Positions 20,426-30,724 of a stretch of DNA of 64,000 nt are shown piece after piece. The stretch's first letter is position 1; each line of letters opens with the position of its first letter. This DNA comes from Candidatus Hermodarchaeota archaeon (GTDB taxonomy: Archaea > Asgardarchaeota > Hermodarchaeia > Hermodarchaeales > Hermodarchaeaceae): contig JAEOUH010000047.1 in assembly GCA_016839365.1 (NCBI GenBank), positions 14,542 to 78,541 of the forward strand. Direction: 5' to 3'. The notes under the pieces are model-generated. The model saw only the letters and a program-made list of their open reading frames with translations. It searched no databases and was not told where the DNA came from. Made by a program: the position numbers and the translations under genes.

Positions 20426-21157
20426 CTATCCACGCTTCTTTAGGCCTGACCGCTTGGGTGCAATGAGCCCAACTTTCCGGCCTGGAGGAGCAGTACGCGC
20501 AACTGAGCTTGGGCCCCCGGGCCTTTGCTTGTTACCACCACCGTGTGGGTGGCTGGCTGCATTCATTGCAACACCCCTGACCTTCGGATATGTTAAACCT
20601 TTAGCGTAACGCTGTTTGTGTTTGCTTCCGGCTTTCAGAAACGGTTTCTCAGGTCGTCCACCACCGGATACAACGCCAATTGTAGCCCGTGCTGTGGAGC
20701 TGAAGGTTCGAGTCTTTCCAGATGGTAAGCGAATCGAGGTGCTTCCTCCAGAATGTGTGATTATGGTGGCATAGGTGCCACTAGATCGAACGAATTTTCC
20801 CCCGTCACCAGGTTGACTTTCGATATTGAAGACAGGTGTACCTTCTGGGATTTTTCCAATAGGTAGAATATGCCCTGCACGAATGCCGGCCTTGGGACCT
20901 ATTCGTATTTGCTCTCCAACAGCGGTTCCTTCTGGTACAAGGGAAAGATGAGTTTCACCATTTTCATATCGAAGTGTGGCGATGGGAGCTCCACGACCGG
21001 GATCATGCATTAGTTCTTCAACATCGGCTTGAAGATAACCACGCTTGTCCATCAAAGCCAGTGGAGGATACTTGACCGCCCCGCGTCGACGGTGCGTTTT
21101 TGCACGAAATGTCGGTGATCCGCGCCCGCGACGTTGTACATAGATTCGTTTACCCAT
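20426..21157 (-). CDS. rpl2: 50S ribosomal protein uL2
   Basis: 243 aa, archaeal L2 sequence, with the conserved HPHGGG motif (AASHPHGGGNKQRPGGPSS). Confidence 0.95.
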   Translation of the reverse strand: MGKRIYVQRRGRGSPTFRAKTHRRRGAVKYPPLALMDKRGYLQADVEELMHDPGRGAPIATLRYENGETHLSLVPEGTAVGEQIRIGPKAGIRAGHILPIGKIPEGTPVFNIESQPGDGGKFVRSSGTYATIITHSGGSTSIRLPSGKTRTFSSTARATIGVVSGGGRPEKPFLKAGSKHKQRYAKGLTYPKVRGVAMNAASHPHGGGNKQRPGGPSSVARTAPPGRKVGLIAPKRSGLKKRG

Positions 21158-21173
21158 TCTTATCTACCTCTGA

Positions 21174-21434
21174 TTAGAATAATCCTAGTTTGACTGCTAA
21201 GTCAGCTGCATTGTATTCAGGGGCAAGTTTTACGAGAGCCTTCTTTGTACCCTCGGGAGTAATCATAGTGTTAACCTTGATAACCTTCACTTCATAGAGT
21301 AGTTCAATGGCTTCACGAATTTGTCCCTTTGTGGCTTTTCGGTTCACCATGAAGGTGAGACGGTTTTCTTTTTCGACAATCTCTGAAGCCCGCTCAGTAA
21401 TCATCATCCGGATTATCACATCATAAGGATCCAT
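21174..21434 (-). CDS. rpl23: 50S ribosomal protein uL23
   Basis: 86 aa. Position in the L3-L4-L23-L2 order. Its start overlaps the uL4 stop by 1 nt (TAATG). Confidence 0.9.
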   Translation of the reverse strand: MDPYDVIIRMMITERASEIVEKENRLTFMVNRKATKGQIREAIELLYEVKVIKVNTMITPEGTKKALVKLAPEYNAADLAVKLGLF

Positions 21435-22225
21435 TACTGATCACCCTCGGCTGGTTGTTCCGCAAGAGCTTCAATTGCTGATTTCGTCCAGATTGTCAAG
21501 CGTCCTGGTTGTGTTCCCGGCGCTAAAACCTCGGCGTTAAGCTTTGAAGCATAGATAACCCTAACCCCTGGAATATTTCGTGCAGCCTGACGTATTCCCC
21601 CGTCCTGGGTGATGACAATCAATGGACCCACCGGTCTTCGGTACTTTCGACCGCGGCGTCGGGCGTTTCCTGCCCGGATCTTTCGCCCGTTTTTCACTCG
21701 GATAATATCGCTCCAAACACCGAGATTTTCCAAGACATCTTTGACTTCCTCTGTTGTTTGCAACTCTTGGAACTTATCAATGATGACCAGTGGAAATTGG
21801 TCAGCTTCAAAGACATGACCACGTAATGACACAAGTTCCGGATTAGTTGTTGCAGCAATGGCTGAACGAATGGCTAACCGACGTTCTTTTTTGTTAATCC
21901 GTTCTACAGGATTCTTTGCGGCCTCTGGAGGATGGGTTTTCCGCCCACTAACTGTGAATGGAGCAAAAGCAGCATTTGAAGCAGTGGGGTAACCCTGTCC
22001 CTTTCTACGGGGTACCCTTGCTTTACCTTGTCCTGTTCCCCAAGATTCTGCGGAGGTCCGTTTGCCAGCGAGGGGATCGACGCCTTGCCTTTGATACCGA
22101 GCGGATTGCTGGGCAAGGACGGCGCGCTTGATGACATCTTTTCGAAGTGGAGTGTCAAATACTGGAGGAAGGGCGACTGTTCCCCGCGATTTTCCTTCTA
22201 ATGTATGAATCTTAACTGAAGCCAT
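21434..22225 (-). CDS. rpl4: 50S ribosomal protein uL4
   Basis: 263 aa, basic, conserved cluster position. Confidence 0.9.
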   Translation of the reverse strand: MASVKIHTLEGKSRGTVALPPVFDTPLRKDVIKRAVLAQQSARYQRQGVDPLAGKRTSAESWGTGQGKARVPRRKGQGYPTASNAAFAPFTVSGRKTHPPEAAKNPVERINKKERRLAIRSAIAATTNPELVSLRGHVFEADQFPLVIIDKFQELQTTEEVKDVLENLGVWSDIIRVKNGRKIRAGNARRRGRKYRRPVGPLIVITQDGGIRQAARNIPGVRVIYASKLNAEVLAPGTQPGRLTIWTKSAIEALAEQPAEGDQ

Positions 22226-22238
22226 GATGAATCCTCCA

Positions 22239-23249
22239 TTATTTCTTCGCGGTTGTACTGATATATACGATTTCAGGGGGTTTATCTGGAATCGGTTTTG
22301 ACCGACTCGGTACTCGGAGACGAATCAATCTTCGAGATGGTCCAGGTAGGGATCCGTCGATTAGAAGGAAATCGGATAGAAGGTTACCATAATGTGGAAA
22401 CCCACCGGATGGCGTAATATCATCACTCTTTTCGCCGATTCGTAATAATCGCTTATTATATTCGGTTCGTTGATGAAGCCCCATTTGACCCGCTCGGGGT
22501 ACTGTGTACATAATTCGGCTCGGATGCCATGGACCTAGGGTACCAACTGCGCGAACTGCTTTACGTGATTTGTGTGGCAGTTTAGCAACGTTAAAGCGTT
22601 TAACCACGCCTTGGAATCCTTTTCCTTTCGTAACAGCAATGACATCGAGGAACTGACCCGGTTGGAAGATATCCCGTACGCGTATCTCTTTTCCGAGGAG
22701 GGGTTTTACGTAATCAAATTGGTCTTTGATTGAACCGCCATAGATGCCACATTCAATGACCTCGGGTTTCTTCTTACCAATTCCTGCCTGCTTGGGCTGG
22801 GTCAAAAGAGAGACACGCAATTCTGTGATTTCATCTAAGGATTTGGATAGTTTATCCATGGATGTTTTGCCTTCATAGTCTTTGGGCCAAGGTAATACGC
22901 GCCGTATATCACGTGGAAGTTTGTCCATCCAGGTTTCACTTAAAACCCGAAAACCACCGCCATTTTGACCGTAGCCCCGGATTGACGCAACAAGCATCGG
23001 TGGTGTATCGACAATTGTGACCGCGCGACTAACTTCTCGACCAAACCAGGGGCTGGTTGGTTTATTATCGATTAGAATCACATGTGTCATCCCCACTTTA
23101 TATCCTGCAAAGCCAAGGATTTGGGGTTCCGCTGCCTGTTCGGGCCAATGGCGAACCCGTCCACTAACCCGACGCACACGCTTTCGGGGACGATGGGAAA
23201 GGCTACCATGTCTTGGGGCACTTTGTTTTCGATGACCCATGGATTCCAC
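22239..23249 (-). CDS. rpl3: 50S ribosomal protein uL3
   Basis: 336 aa. FAGYKVGMTHV and VTKGKGFQGVVKR motifs. Confidence 0.95.
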   Translation of the reverse strand: MESMGHRKQSAPRHGSLSHRPRKRVRRVSGRVRHWPEQAAEPQILGFAGYKVGMTHVILIDNKPTSPWFGREVSRAVTIVDTPPMLVASIRGYGQNGGGFRVLSETWMDKLPRDIRRVLPWPKDYEGKTSMDKLSKSLDEITELRVSLLTQPKQAGIGKKKPEVIECGIYGGSIKDQFDYVKPLLGKEIRVRDIFQPGQFLDVIAVTKGKGFQGVVKRFNVAKLPHKSRKAVRAVGTLGPWHPSRIMYTVPRAGQMGLHQRTEYNKRLLRIGEKSDDITPSGGFPHYGNLLSDFLLIDGSLPGPSRRLIRLRVPSRSKPIPDKPPEIVYISTTAKK

Positions 23250-23481
23250 TTCTAAGGGAAGTAATCAGGGGAGGCAAGTTCTGTTACGAATAAGATGTTG
23301 CCTCCACCAGCTCAACGGCTCGGAAGCGGGTGGAGCGATTTAAGTCTTTCGTACTCCTAACCCATCGAACCATTACACAAGTTCAAAAAAGATAGTAGGA
23401 GTTCCGGTTTCCATCCACCGCTATTTCTATAAACCACGACTTCTATCCTACTGGAAGGAAAACCAAGGAATTGTGCATAAA

Positions 23482-23593
23482 GCCGGGATAGCCAAGTGGT
23501 TACGGCGCGGGCCTTGAGAGATGCCATGAAGTGTCATCCAAGGTAGCCTGTGACCCTACGGTCGCAAGGGTTCGAATCCCTTTCCCGGCGCCA
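23482..23593 (+). tRNA. tRNA-Ser (anticodon TGA) with a 26-nt canonical intron (23519..23544); CCA encoded
   Basis: Hand-folded cloverleaf: acceptor GCCGGGA/TCCCGGC, discriminator G, long variable arm GACC-CTAC-GGTC, T-arm AAGGG-TTCGAAT-CCCTT. The intron forms a strict BHB: CTTG(AGA)GATG...CATC CAAG(GTA). Confidence 0.9.
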
Positions 23594-23704
23594 TCCCACC
23601 CTATCATATTTGTCTCTTGCCCTTTTTGTTAGCGATGCAGCAAATCCGAATGTTAAAAAGTGAACAACCCTCTTGGTTTTCTGTGCTTCATCAGGTGATA
23701 ATTC

Positions 23705-24127
23705 GTGGAATACGAATACTCCGACGAAATCACATCCGACCAGCTGTTCCACGCCTATGGAACGACCCTACCGGAGGTTTTCCGAAACGCAGGAAAAGCG
23801 TTGTTCGGTGTCATGTCTGATCTAGAGGAAGTCAAGCTCGAACACGAAATCGAAGTGAAAGCTGAAGGTATTGATGAGCAACACCTACTCTATGATTGGT
23901 TGTCAAACCTGTTACTAGAATTTGAAGTCGAAGGTGTGTTTTTCGCGGATTTCTCCATCAATTTAATCGAAGAAAGGCCAGGTGAAGGATTTCACTTAGT
24001 AAGTATAGCAAAAGGAAACAAGAAAATACCAGAACTTCGAACCCACGTTAAAGGGGTGACGTTACACCGTTTCTCCCTTGAAAGAATTAATAACGGATAC
24101 AGGGCTACCGTTGTAGTGGATGTTTAG
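23705..24127 (+). CDS. archease (RtcB activator)
   Basis: 140 aa, GTG start. SDQLFHAYGTTLPEVFRNAGKALFGVM N-terminal signature. Immediately upstream of rtcB. Confidence 0.85.
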   Translation: MEYEYSDEITSDQLFHAYGTTLPEVFRNAGKALFGVMSDLEEVKLEHEIEVKAEGIDEQHLLYDWLSNLLLEFEVEGVFFADFSINLIEERPGEGFHLVSIAKGNKKIPELRTHVKGVTLHRFSLERINNGYRATVVVDV

Positions 24128-24156
24128 AATCACATATCATTAAGGGGTAATCAAGT

Positions 24157-25605
24157 ATGAAGGAAAAATTAAAGCAGCAAGACGAGTTTCGCTGGTGGCT
24201 TGACAAATCAGCGCGTCCTCGCATGAACGTCGGGGCAAAGATAATCGGTTCGAAAGAGATCATCAATACCTTAGAGGACGCAGCTGTTGAGCAACTAACC
24301 AACGTAGCAACGCTTCCTGGTCCAATTGAACCGGTTCTGGCCATGCCTGACGCTCATTGGGGATATGGGCTTCCGATGGGAGCCGTTGGCGCTTTTGATG
24401 CTGAAGAGGGGATTATTTCCGCAGGGTGTACAGGTTTTGATATCAACTGTGGCGTCCGCCTCATTCGCACTAATCTTAGTGTTGAAGATGTCCAACCCAA
24501 GTTACAACAGCTAGTTGAGGAGCTATTTAATCGAGTTCCTGCGGGAGTCGGTTCTCAAGGTAAAATTCGATTAAGTGATAGTCAGTTTAGTGATGTTATT
24601 CGGTGGGGAGCTAAGTGGGCGATTGATAATGATCGGGGGGTACCAGCGGATTTAGCCCATTGTGAGGAAGGAGGTTATATGGAGGGAGCCGCCATGCAGG
24701 CACCTCAAGTTAGTGAAAAGGCACGACGTCGCGGACGTCCACAACTTGGTACGCTTGGAGCAGGAAACCATTATCTAGAGGTTCAGAAGGTTGAGAAAAT
24801 TTTTGATGAACCTGTTGCCAAAGTCTTTGGTCTGGAGAAAGGGCAAATAGTGGTGATGCTTCACTGTGGATCCCGTGGATTTGGCCATCAGATTGCAACC
24901 GATTATTTAGAGAGTATGGCTGTAGCAGTTAAGAAATATAACATATGGCTTCCAGATCAACAACTCGTCTGTGCACCTGCAAACTCTCCTGAAGGGCAGG
25001 ACTATTATGCTGCGATGAAGGCAGCAGTGAATTTTGCCTTTTGTAACAGACAGGTTATGACCCATTGGATTCGACAAGGTTTTGAAGCGGTCTTTGGTCG
25101 AGATTGGGAATCGCTGGGGATGCACCTTGTTTATGACGTGACGCATAATATCTGCAAGTTCGAAACCCATGAGGTGAATGGATTGAAACGCGACATGTAT
25201 TTGCATCGGAAAGGTGCGACGCGCGCGTTCGGGCCAGGCAACCCCAAAATCCCTGAAGACTACCGATCAGTTGGTCAACCCGTCCTAATCGGTGGCTCAA
25301 TGGGAACCGCATCCTATGTTCTAGTTGGCACAGAACAGGCAATGAAAGAAACCTTTGGATCCACCTGTCATGGAGCAGGTCGAGCAATGTCTCGAAAAGC
25401 AGCGATTCGCAAGTATCATGGACGAGATATCAAAAACGCACTTGAAGCCAAAGGAAAAGTGGTTCGTTCCATGGGTACAAAGATACTAGCTGAAGAAGCG
25501 CCCAATGCCTACAAAGATGTCCATGTTGTTGTAGACTCAGTCCATGGCGCGGATATCTCACGCAAGGTCGCAAGTCAGATACCATTGGGTGTTGTGAAAG
25601 GCTAG
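24157..25605 (+). CDS. rtcB: RNA-splicing ligase RtcB
   Basis: 482 aa. HCGSRGFGHQ, GSMGTASY and CHGAGR motifs. No intein-sized insertion. Confidence 0.95.
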   Translation: MKEKLKQQDEFRWWLDKSARPRMNVGAKIIGSKEIINTLEDAAVEQLTNVATLPGPIEPVLAMPDAHWGYGLPMGAVGAFDAEEGIISAGCTGFDINCGVRLIRTNLSVEDVQPKLQQLVEELFNRVPAGVGSQGKIRLSDSQFSDVIRWGAKWAIDNDRGVPADLAHCEEGGYMEGAAMQAPQVSEKARRRGRPQLGTLGAGNHYLEVQKVEKIFDEPVAKVFGLEKGQIVVMLHCGSRGFGHQIATDYLESMAVAVKKYNIWLPDQQLVCAPANSPEGQDYYAAMKAAVNFAFCNRQVMTHWIRQGFEAVFGRDWESLGMHLVYDVTHNICKFETHEVNGLKRDMYLHRKGATRAFGPGNPKIPEDYRSVGQPVLIGGSMGTASYVLVGTEQAMKETFGSTCHGAGRAMSRKAAIRKYHGRDIKNALEAKGKVVRSMGTKILAEEAPNAYKDVHVVVDSVHGADISRKVASQIPLGVVKG

Positions 25606-25620
25606 GTTTGGTATTCAAGA

Positions 25621-26508
25621 ATGCTATCAAAAGAAGCTAATCAGATTCCATTTGCGATATCTATTGCCATACCAACCTCCTTCATTGACGTTGACCAAAG
25701 TCGAGAGCAACAAACCCAGCATATCGGACGAATTGCCCGAGCTGCAGCAATCTTTCAAGTCGATGATATTATCATCTATCGGGATAAGATGAATTCAAAA
25801 CAAATGAAGAACCTACAGTTCGTCAGCCGGGTCCTTGAATATATGGAAACACCACAATATCTTCGAAAACACCTCTTTGGAAAGATGCCCGATTTGCAAT
25901 ACGTAGGAAGCCTCCCTCCACTTCGAACACATCATCATCCTCTTGTGAAAGAATCATCGAAGCTTCGGAATGGCGAATTTCGAGAAGGGGTGGTACTTAC
26001 AGCCAAAGGAAAAAATGTTGTAGATGTCGGCGTCGAATCACCTTTACCACTCTTACAATTCAAATCCACTCATCTGCTACAACGAATCACAGTACAAATT
26101 CGAAGAGATAAATCCGGGAAAGTGACCGCACACCCGAGTTCTCCTCCTCGATCCAAACAATATTGGGGATACTCTGTCAAGGGTGTGGAATCCTCTTTGG
26201 GTGACTTCTTGGTGAAAAAAACGAATTATCCTTTCGTTATTGCTACGAGTCGGAGAGGAAGACCAATTGCGGAAGAAGCGAGTAAAATTAGAAGTCAGTG
26301 GGAGAAATTCCATCGACTACTATTGCTTTTTGGGAGCTATAAAGAGGGGCTTGCAGAGATTCTTCAGCGGGACCAAATTGATGTAGCCTCAGTTTCGAAT
26401 CATATTATCAATCTAGTTTTCAATCAGGGCACAGCAACCATTCGAACAGAGGAGGCGGTATTTATGGGGCTCTCCGCATTCAGATTACTTGAACAACTAA
26501 AGGATTAG
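25621..26508 (+). CDS. SPOUT-class putative RNA methyltransferase (DUF171 / Methyltrn_RNA_3, SPOUT1-like)
   Basis: 295 aa. IAIPTSFIDV..., ETPQYLRKHLF, YWGYSV and QGTATIRTEEA signatures as I recall them for this family. Confidence 0.75.
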   Translation: MLSKEANQIPFAISIAIPTSFIDVDQSREQQTQHIGRIARAAAIFQVDDIIIYRDKMNSKQMKNLQFVSRVLEYMETPQYLRKHLFGKMPDLQYVGSLPPLRTHHHPLVKESSKLRNGEFREGVVLTAKGKNVVDVGVESPLPLLQFKSTHLLQRITVQIRRDKSGKVTAHPSSPPRSKQYWGYSVKGVESSLGDFLVKKTNYPFVIATSRRGRPIAEEASKIRSQWEKFHRLLLLFGSYKEGLAEILQRDQIDVASVSNHIINLVFNQGTATIRTEEAVFMGLSAFRLLEQLKD

Positions 26509-26512
26509 CAGT

Positions 26513-27046
26513 CTATACTTCTTCTTGGATTTCTATTTGATCACTGGTGGCGATGAGAAGCTCATAGGATCCTGTACCCGTGAAATAGCCATCTCGTGTA
26601 ACCTGGATTGTAATGTTGTGGTATCCTGAAGAGACATTGGGAATTCGAAGATGTAACTCGGTGGGACTGGATTCTATTTTCTGAATGGTAATGTTGAGAT
26701 TTCCAAGGAAAGCCTCAAGAACCGCATTCTCTGGAATTTCGTTCTTTGGAAAGCCCACGACAACTGTTAGCTTGAGCTCTTCGCCTGGCTCTGCGACTCT
26801 GAGTTCTGGACCCAAAACCTTGACATCAATTCGATGGCTCCAGTATACATAGCTTGCAGGAAGCAAAAAAAGTAGAAATAACACGAGATAAACGAGGGCA
26901 CCTTGTAGAATCGCTATGATGAGGTCGTCACGAACTACTATTGTGGGTGCGATGAAGGGAAGCAACAAGACTGCTACGGCTCCGTAGACGATAAGACTCC
27001 CACAAATTACGAGGGTTAGAGTTGAACGAGGATTACTATCTGTCAC
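26513..27046 (-). CDS. hypothetical membrane-anchored protein
   Basis: 177 aa. Two N-terminal hydrophobic helices followed by a beta-rich soluble part. Confidence 0.4.
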   Translation of the reverse strand: MTDSNPRSTLTLVICGSLIVYGAVAVLLLPFIAPTIVVRDDLIIAILQGALVYLVLFLLFLLPASYVYWSHRIDVKVLGPELRVAEPGEELKLTVVVGFPKNEIPENAVLEAFLGNLNITIQKIESSPTELHLRIPNVSSGYHNITIQVTRDGYFTGTGSYELLIATSDQIEIQEEV

Positions 27047-27155
27047 AGTTAAAGGGATGTTAATCTAATGCTAAATAGCATTTCGATTAAGCAACGAGTA
27101 TTCTATTAATTTTAAAGCGAATGAATTTTCCAGACTCCCTTGAAAACGTAAAATC

Positions 27156-27464
27156 TTACTTCAGGGTTATTTCGATGAAGACTTCATCGGGCACCCGGAT
27201 TCGCATAATCTGGCGCATTGTCCTTTCATCAGCTTCTAAATCAATTAAGCGTTTGTGGATTCGCATTTGCCAATGATCCCAAGTTGGTGTTCCTTCTCCA
27301 CAAGGTGATTTTCGCGTCTGAACTTTCAGAGTCTTTGTGGGTAAAGGAATAGGACCTGACATCTGAACACCTGTTCTGGATACAATGGATAGGACTTGGT
27401 TACAGACTTCGTTTAGCTTTGGAATGTCTGTACTGGAAAGTCGAATCCGAGCTTTCTGCGCCAT
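27156..27464 (-). CDS. rps10: 30S ribosomal protein uS10
   Basis: 102 aa, directly downstream of EF-1alpha as in archaeal str-type operons. Confidence 0.9.
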   Translation of the reverse strand: MAQKARIRLSSTDIPKLNEVCNQVLSIVSRTGVQMSGPIPLPTKTLKVQTRKSPCGEGTPTWDHWQMRIHKRLIDLEADERTMRQIMRIRVPDEVFIEITLK

Positions 27465-27608
27465 ATTAACTACACCAAATTGACTTGGGAATCAACCCGA
27501 ATGTTTGCTCCCTTTTAACTTTTTTTGCACACCGAAAGCGTATCCAATTGATGCACCTTGGAGAATAGAAAAAGAAAGGGAAGAAGAATAGTGATAGCAG
27601 GGCTACCT

Positions 27609-28910
27609 CTACTTCTTCTCCTCGGTGATTTTTCGAACAACGCCTACAGCAACTGTTCGTCCACTATCCCGGATTGCAAAGCGACCTAACTGTTTCATAT
27701 CTGCATAGGTCTCCAGACAGATTGGGGTAACAGGTCGGAGTTTTACTAGTGCAGATTCGCCTTGCTTAATGAAGTCGGGTTTCTCTTGTACCGTTTCTCC
27801 GGTTCGCGGATCAATCTTAGCGACGATTTCAGTGAAGGTGGCTGCTACTTGGGCGGTGTGTGCGTGCAAAACAGGAGTATATCCTGCAGCAAGAGCACGG
27901 GGGTGGAAAATAACGATGATTTGCCCCTCGAACTCAGACACAACGCGTGGTGGCTTATCGAGATGCCCCATCACATCGCCACGGCGAATCTCACCTTTCC
28001 CGATACCTCGGACATTGAATCCGATATTGTCACCAGGTTCAGCGCTGTCCAAGCGTTCGTGGTGCATTTCAATGGTCTTAATTTCACCTTCTTTGCCAGG
28101 TGGCATGAAGATGACTTTGTCACCGATTTTCATTTTTCCAGTTTCAACCCGCCCCACAGGAACTGTGCCAACACCTGTGATGGTGTACACGTCCTGAACA
28201 GGAACCCGAAGGGGTTGATCAACGGGTTTGGGTGGAAGGACAAATTCATCAATTGCTTCAAGCAACGATGGTCCCTTGTACCATTCCATGTTAGAGCTGG
28301 CTTCAGTCAACAGATCACCGGTCCATGCAGATACAGGAACAAAGTTGATCTTGCTTGGGTCAAACTGTGCACCTTTCAACAGGTCTGAGACTTCAGACTT
28401 GATCTCTTCGTACCGATCTTTCGACCAGGCGGGTGTTGAGTCATCCATTTTGTTGACGGCAACGACAAGCTGCTCGATGCCCAGAGTTCGTGCGAGGAAA
28501 GCGTGCTCGCGCGTCTGACCACCAGCACCCACGCCAGCTTCAAACTCACCCTTACGCGCTGAAACCACTAGAATTGCAGCATCAGCTTGACTGGCTCCGG
28601 TAATCATGTTCTTGATGAAGTCAGCGTGACCCGGAGCGTCAATAATAGTGAAATAGTGTTTCTGGGTCTCAAATCGGCGGAACGCAAGGTCAATGGTCAG
28701 CCCACGTTCCCGCTCTTCTTTGAGACGGTCCATCACGTAAGCGAACTTGAAGGATCCTCGATCCATCTCTTCGGCCAGCTTCTCGAGCTTTGCCATCTCT
28801 TGTTTTGATAATGCTCCAGTCTTGTAGAGCATGTGCCCCATCAACGTTGATTTACCATGGTCTACATGACCGATGATAATTAGGTTGATGTGTGGTTTCT
28901 TTTCCGACAT
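27609..28910 (-). CDS. tuf: translation elongation factor EF-1alpha (aEF1A)
   Basis: GHVDHGKST, DAPGH and NKMD motifs. The track ORF starts 21 codons too early; I place the start at ATG 28910 (MSEKKPHINL...). Confidence 0.95.
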   Translation of the reverse strand: MSEKKPHINLIIIGHVDHGKSTLMGHMLYKTGALSKQEMAKLEKLAEEMDRGSFKFAYVMDRLKEERERGLTIDLAFRRFETQKHYFTIIDAPGHADFIKNMITGASQADAAILVVSARKGEFEAGVGAGGQTREHAFLARTLGIEQLVVAVNKMDDSTPAWSKDRYEEIKSEVSDLLKGAQFDPSKINFVPVSAWTGDLLTEASSNMEWYKGPSLLEAIDEFVLPPKPVDQPLRVPVQDVYTITGVGTVPVGRVETGKMKIGDKVIFMPPGKEGEIKTIEMHHERLDSAEPGDNIGFNVRGIGKGEIRRGDVMGHLDKPPRVVSEFEGQIIVIFHPRALAAGYTPVLHAHTAQVAATFTEIVAKIDPRTGETVQEKPDFIKQGESALVKLRPVTPICLETYADMKQLGRFAIRDSGRTVAVGVVRKITEEKK

Positions 28911-29071
28911 TGTATTCAACTCGTTTTTTGCTAACTTAAGCTGGCATAAAATATGCAGGTTATGGCACATCAAGTGGGGCGTATAAAACTCTTTTGGCGT
29001 TATGGGTTCCCAGAAGGGTTCGAAAACCTGTTAGATGCCTTGTGAGATTGTCAATGTGGGAAAGGGTATTC

Positions 29072-29710
29072 CTAGCGGGCTGAGAGTGCCATGCGTTCTT
29101 TTTCTTCTCGTCGTCGTACGGCGTTGCTTCGAGAGTCGCCACTTGCAGCGGCGATGAGTTCATCTGCGATGATCTCTTCGATGGCTTCAATGGTACTGAA
29201 GCTTCGACGCCAGATGCTTTCGGAGATGAATCGAAGTGCCAAATCGATGCGACGGAGCGGAGCGACATCGCAGGCGGTGTGGTAACTTATCCCACCATAT
29301 GAAATCCGCGTGGTTTCTTCACGAGGAGCTGTGTTTTCGATTGCTTCGATTAGAATTTGGAGTGGATTCTGATTAGTTCGTAGATGTATTACTTCGAAGG
29401 CAGACCGGACTATTCGGATGACAGTGGATTTTTTCCCAGTGATGAGTCCGGATTGTCGTGCGCTTTGACTTCGTCGGCTGGCCCAACCAGGTGTCATGAT
29501 GCGGTTAATGAACCGTTCGACAATTGGAACTTGGCGTTTTCCAAACCGCCGATGTTCGTGACGACCGAAAGTGTGGGGGACAATTACTGGACTAAGGCTA
29601 ATGTATTTTGCTAGGCCCTGATCGCGGATTTGGATATCTTTTGTGCTCCAGCGACCAAGCACTTTGATTTCAGGAAAAGTTGTTGTCGGATTGGGAGTTT
29701 CAGCACTCAT
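29072..29710 (-). CDS. rps7: 30S ribosomal protein uS7
   Basis: The track ORF overlaps uS12. The internal ATG at 29710 (MSAETPNP...) gives a 212-aa protein of normal size. Confidence 0.9.
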   Translation of the reverse strand: MSAETPNPTTTFPEIKVLGRWSTKDIQIRDQGLAKYISLSPVIVPHTFGRHEHRRFGKRQVPIVERFINRIMTPGWASRRSQSARQSGLITGKKSTVIRIVRSAFEVIHLRTNQNPLQILIEAIENTAPREETTRISYGGISYHTACDVAPLRRIDLALRFISESIWRRSFSTIEAIEEIIADELIAAASGDSRSNAVRRREEKERMALSAR

Positions 29711-29730
29711 CTTTGATTTACACCTTTGGG

Positions 29731-30180
29731 CTAGCGTTGTGGTTTTTCGACCTTGCCAATAATCATGGCTTCGAGAGATGCACCATTGCACTTGACAACT
29801 TTCCACCGAACACCGGGAAGGTCTCCAAATGATCTTCCGCGAGCGCCTCCAATTCCTTCGACGATGACTTCGTCGTGTTCATCGACATAAGTGAGTGCAC
29901 CATCACCAGGGAGAAAGGCTGTGATTTGCCTGCCATTGCGAATTAATTGTACGCGCACACATTTGCGGATTGCTGAGTTTGGTTGTTTTGATTCAATACC
30001 CACTTTCTCTAAAACGATGGCACGTGCTTGTGGGCTTCCTTCAAGTGGGTCGGCCTTGACATCAAGGCGTAACATCCGCCGTTTATAATATCGATCTTTC
30101 CAGCGGAACTTCTTACGCTTTTTCTTCAGGGTGCGGCCAGCAAATTCTCCTGATGGTGATTTTGATCCAGGCAATCTCAC
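29731..30180 (-). CDS. rps12: 30S ribosomal protein uS12
   Basis: 149 aa. [15 protein letters not shown] motif. Confidence 0.95.
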   Translation of the reverse strand: MRLPGSKSPSGEFAGRTLKKKRKKFRWKDRYYKRRMLRLDVKADPLEGSPQARAIVLEKVGIESKQPNSAIRKCVRVQLIRNGRQITAFLPGDGALTYVDEHDEVIVEGIGGARGRSFGDLPGVRWKVVKCNGASLEAMIIGKVEKPQR

Positions 30181-30259
30181 TTTTCCTCGTAATTATGTAG
30201 GGTGCTGCGATTCCGTGAAGGAGCTTAAAACTTTTGTCATCTATCGGTTGATGCGAAGG

Positions 30260-30724
30260 TTATCCAGAGGTTTCAGGGGTTGGTTCGGTAATAATAATCG
30301 CATCAATACCATGATGACGCTTTGCCAGAAGCCGAGCTCGTTCTATATTACGGCCATTTCTACCAATCACGCGCCCCCGGTTCTCACTATTAACAGTGAC
30401 AACAGCAACGCGGCGTCCTTTAGATTGTTCTTGGACATCGACGGTAGAGACTTTTGCAGGGGCTAGTGCATTGCGTACGAATGACTCGGGTGTGTCAGCA
30501 TCTTCCACAACATCAATATCACGTTTGAGCATGGTTCTCGCTCGTTTTATGGTCATGCCCCGGCGACCAATAGCTAATCCAAGATGCCCTGGACTCACTA
30601 CGAATATGATGCGTTCTCCATCTTGATCGACGACACAGTCTTTGACCTCAGCGCCTGTGATGTCACTGAAGAGTGCCATCAGTTTGATTTCTTCAATGTT
30701 CAATTTTATGTCAGAGGTCGTCAC
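30260..30724 (-). CDS. nusA: archaeal NusA-like KH-domain protein
   Basis: 154 aa. Two KH GxxG motifs (GRRGMTIKRA, GRNGRNIERA). Conserved position after eL30. Confidence 0.85.
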   Translation of the reverse strand: MTTSDIKLNIEEIKLMALFSDITGAEVKDCVVDQDGERIIFVVSPGHLGLAIGRRGMTIKRARTMLKRDIDVVEDADTPESFVRNALAPAKVSTVDVQEQSKGRRVAVVTVNSENRGRVIGRNGRNIERARLLAKRHHGIDAIIITEPTPETSG

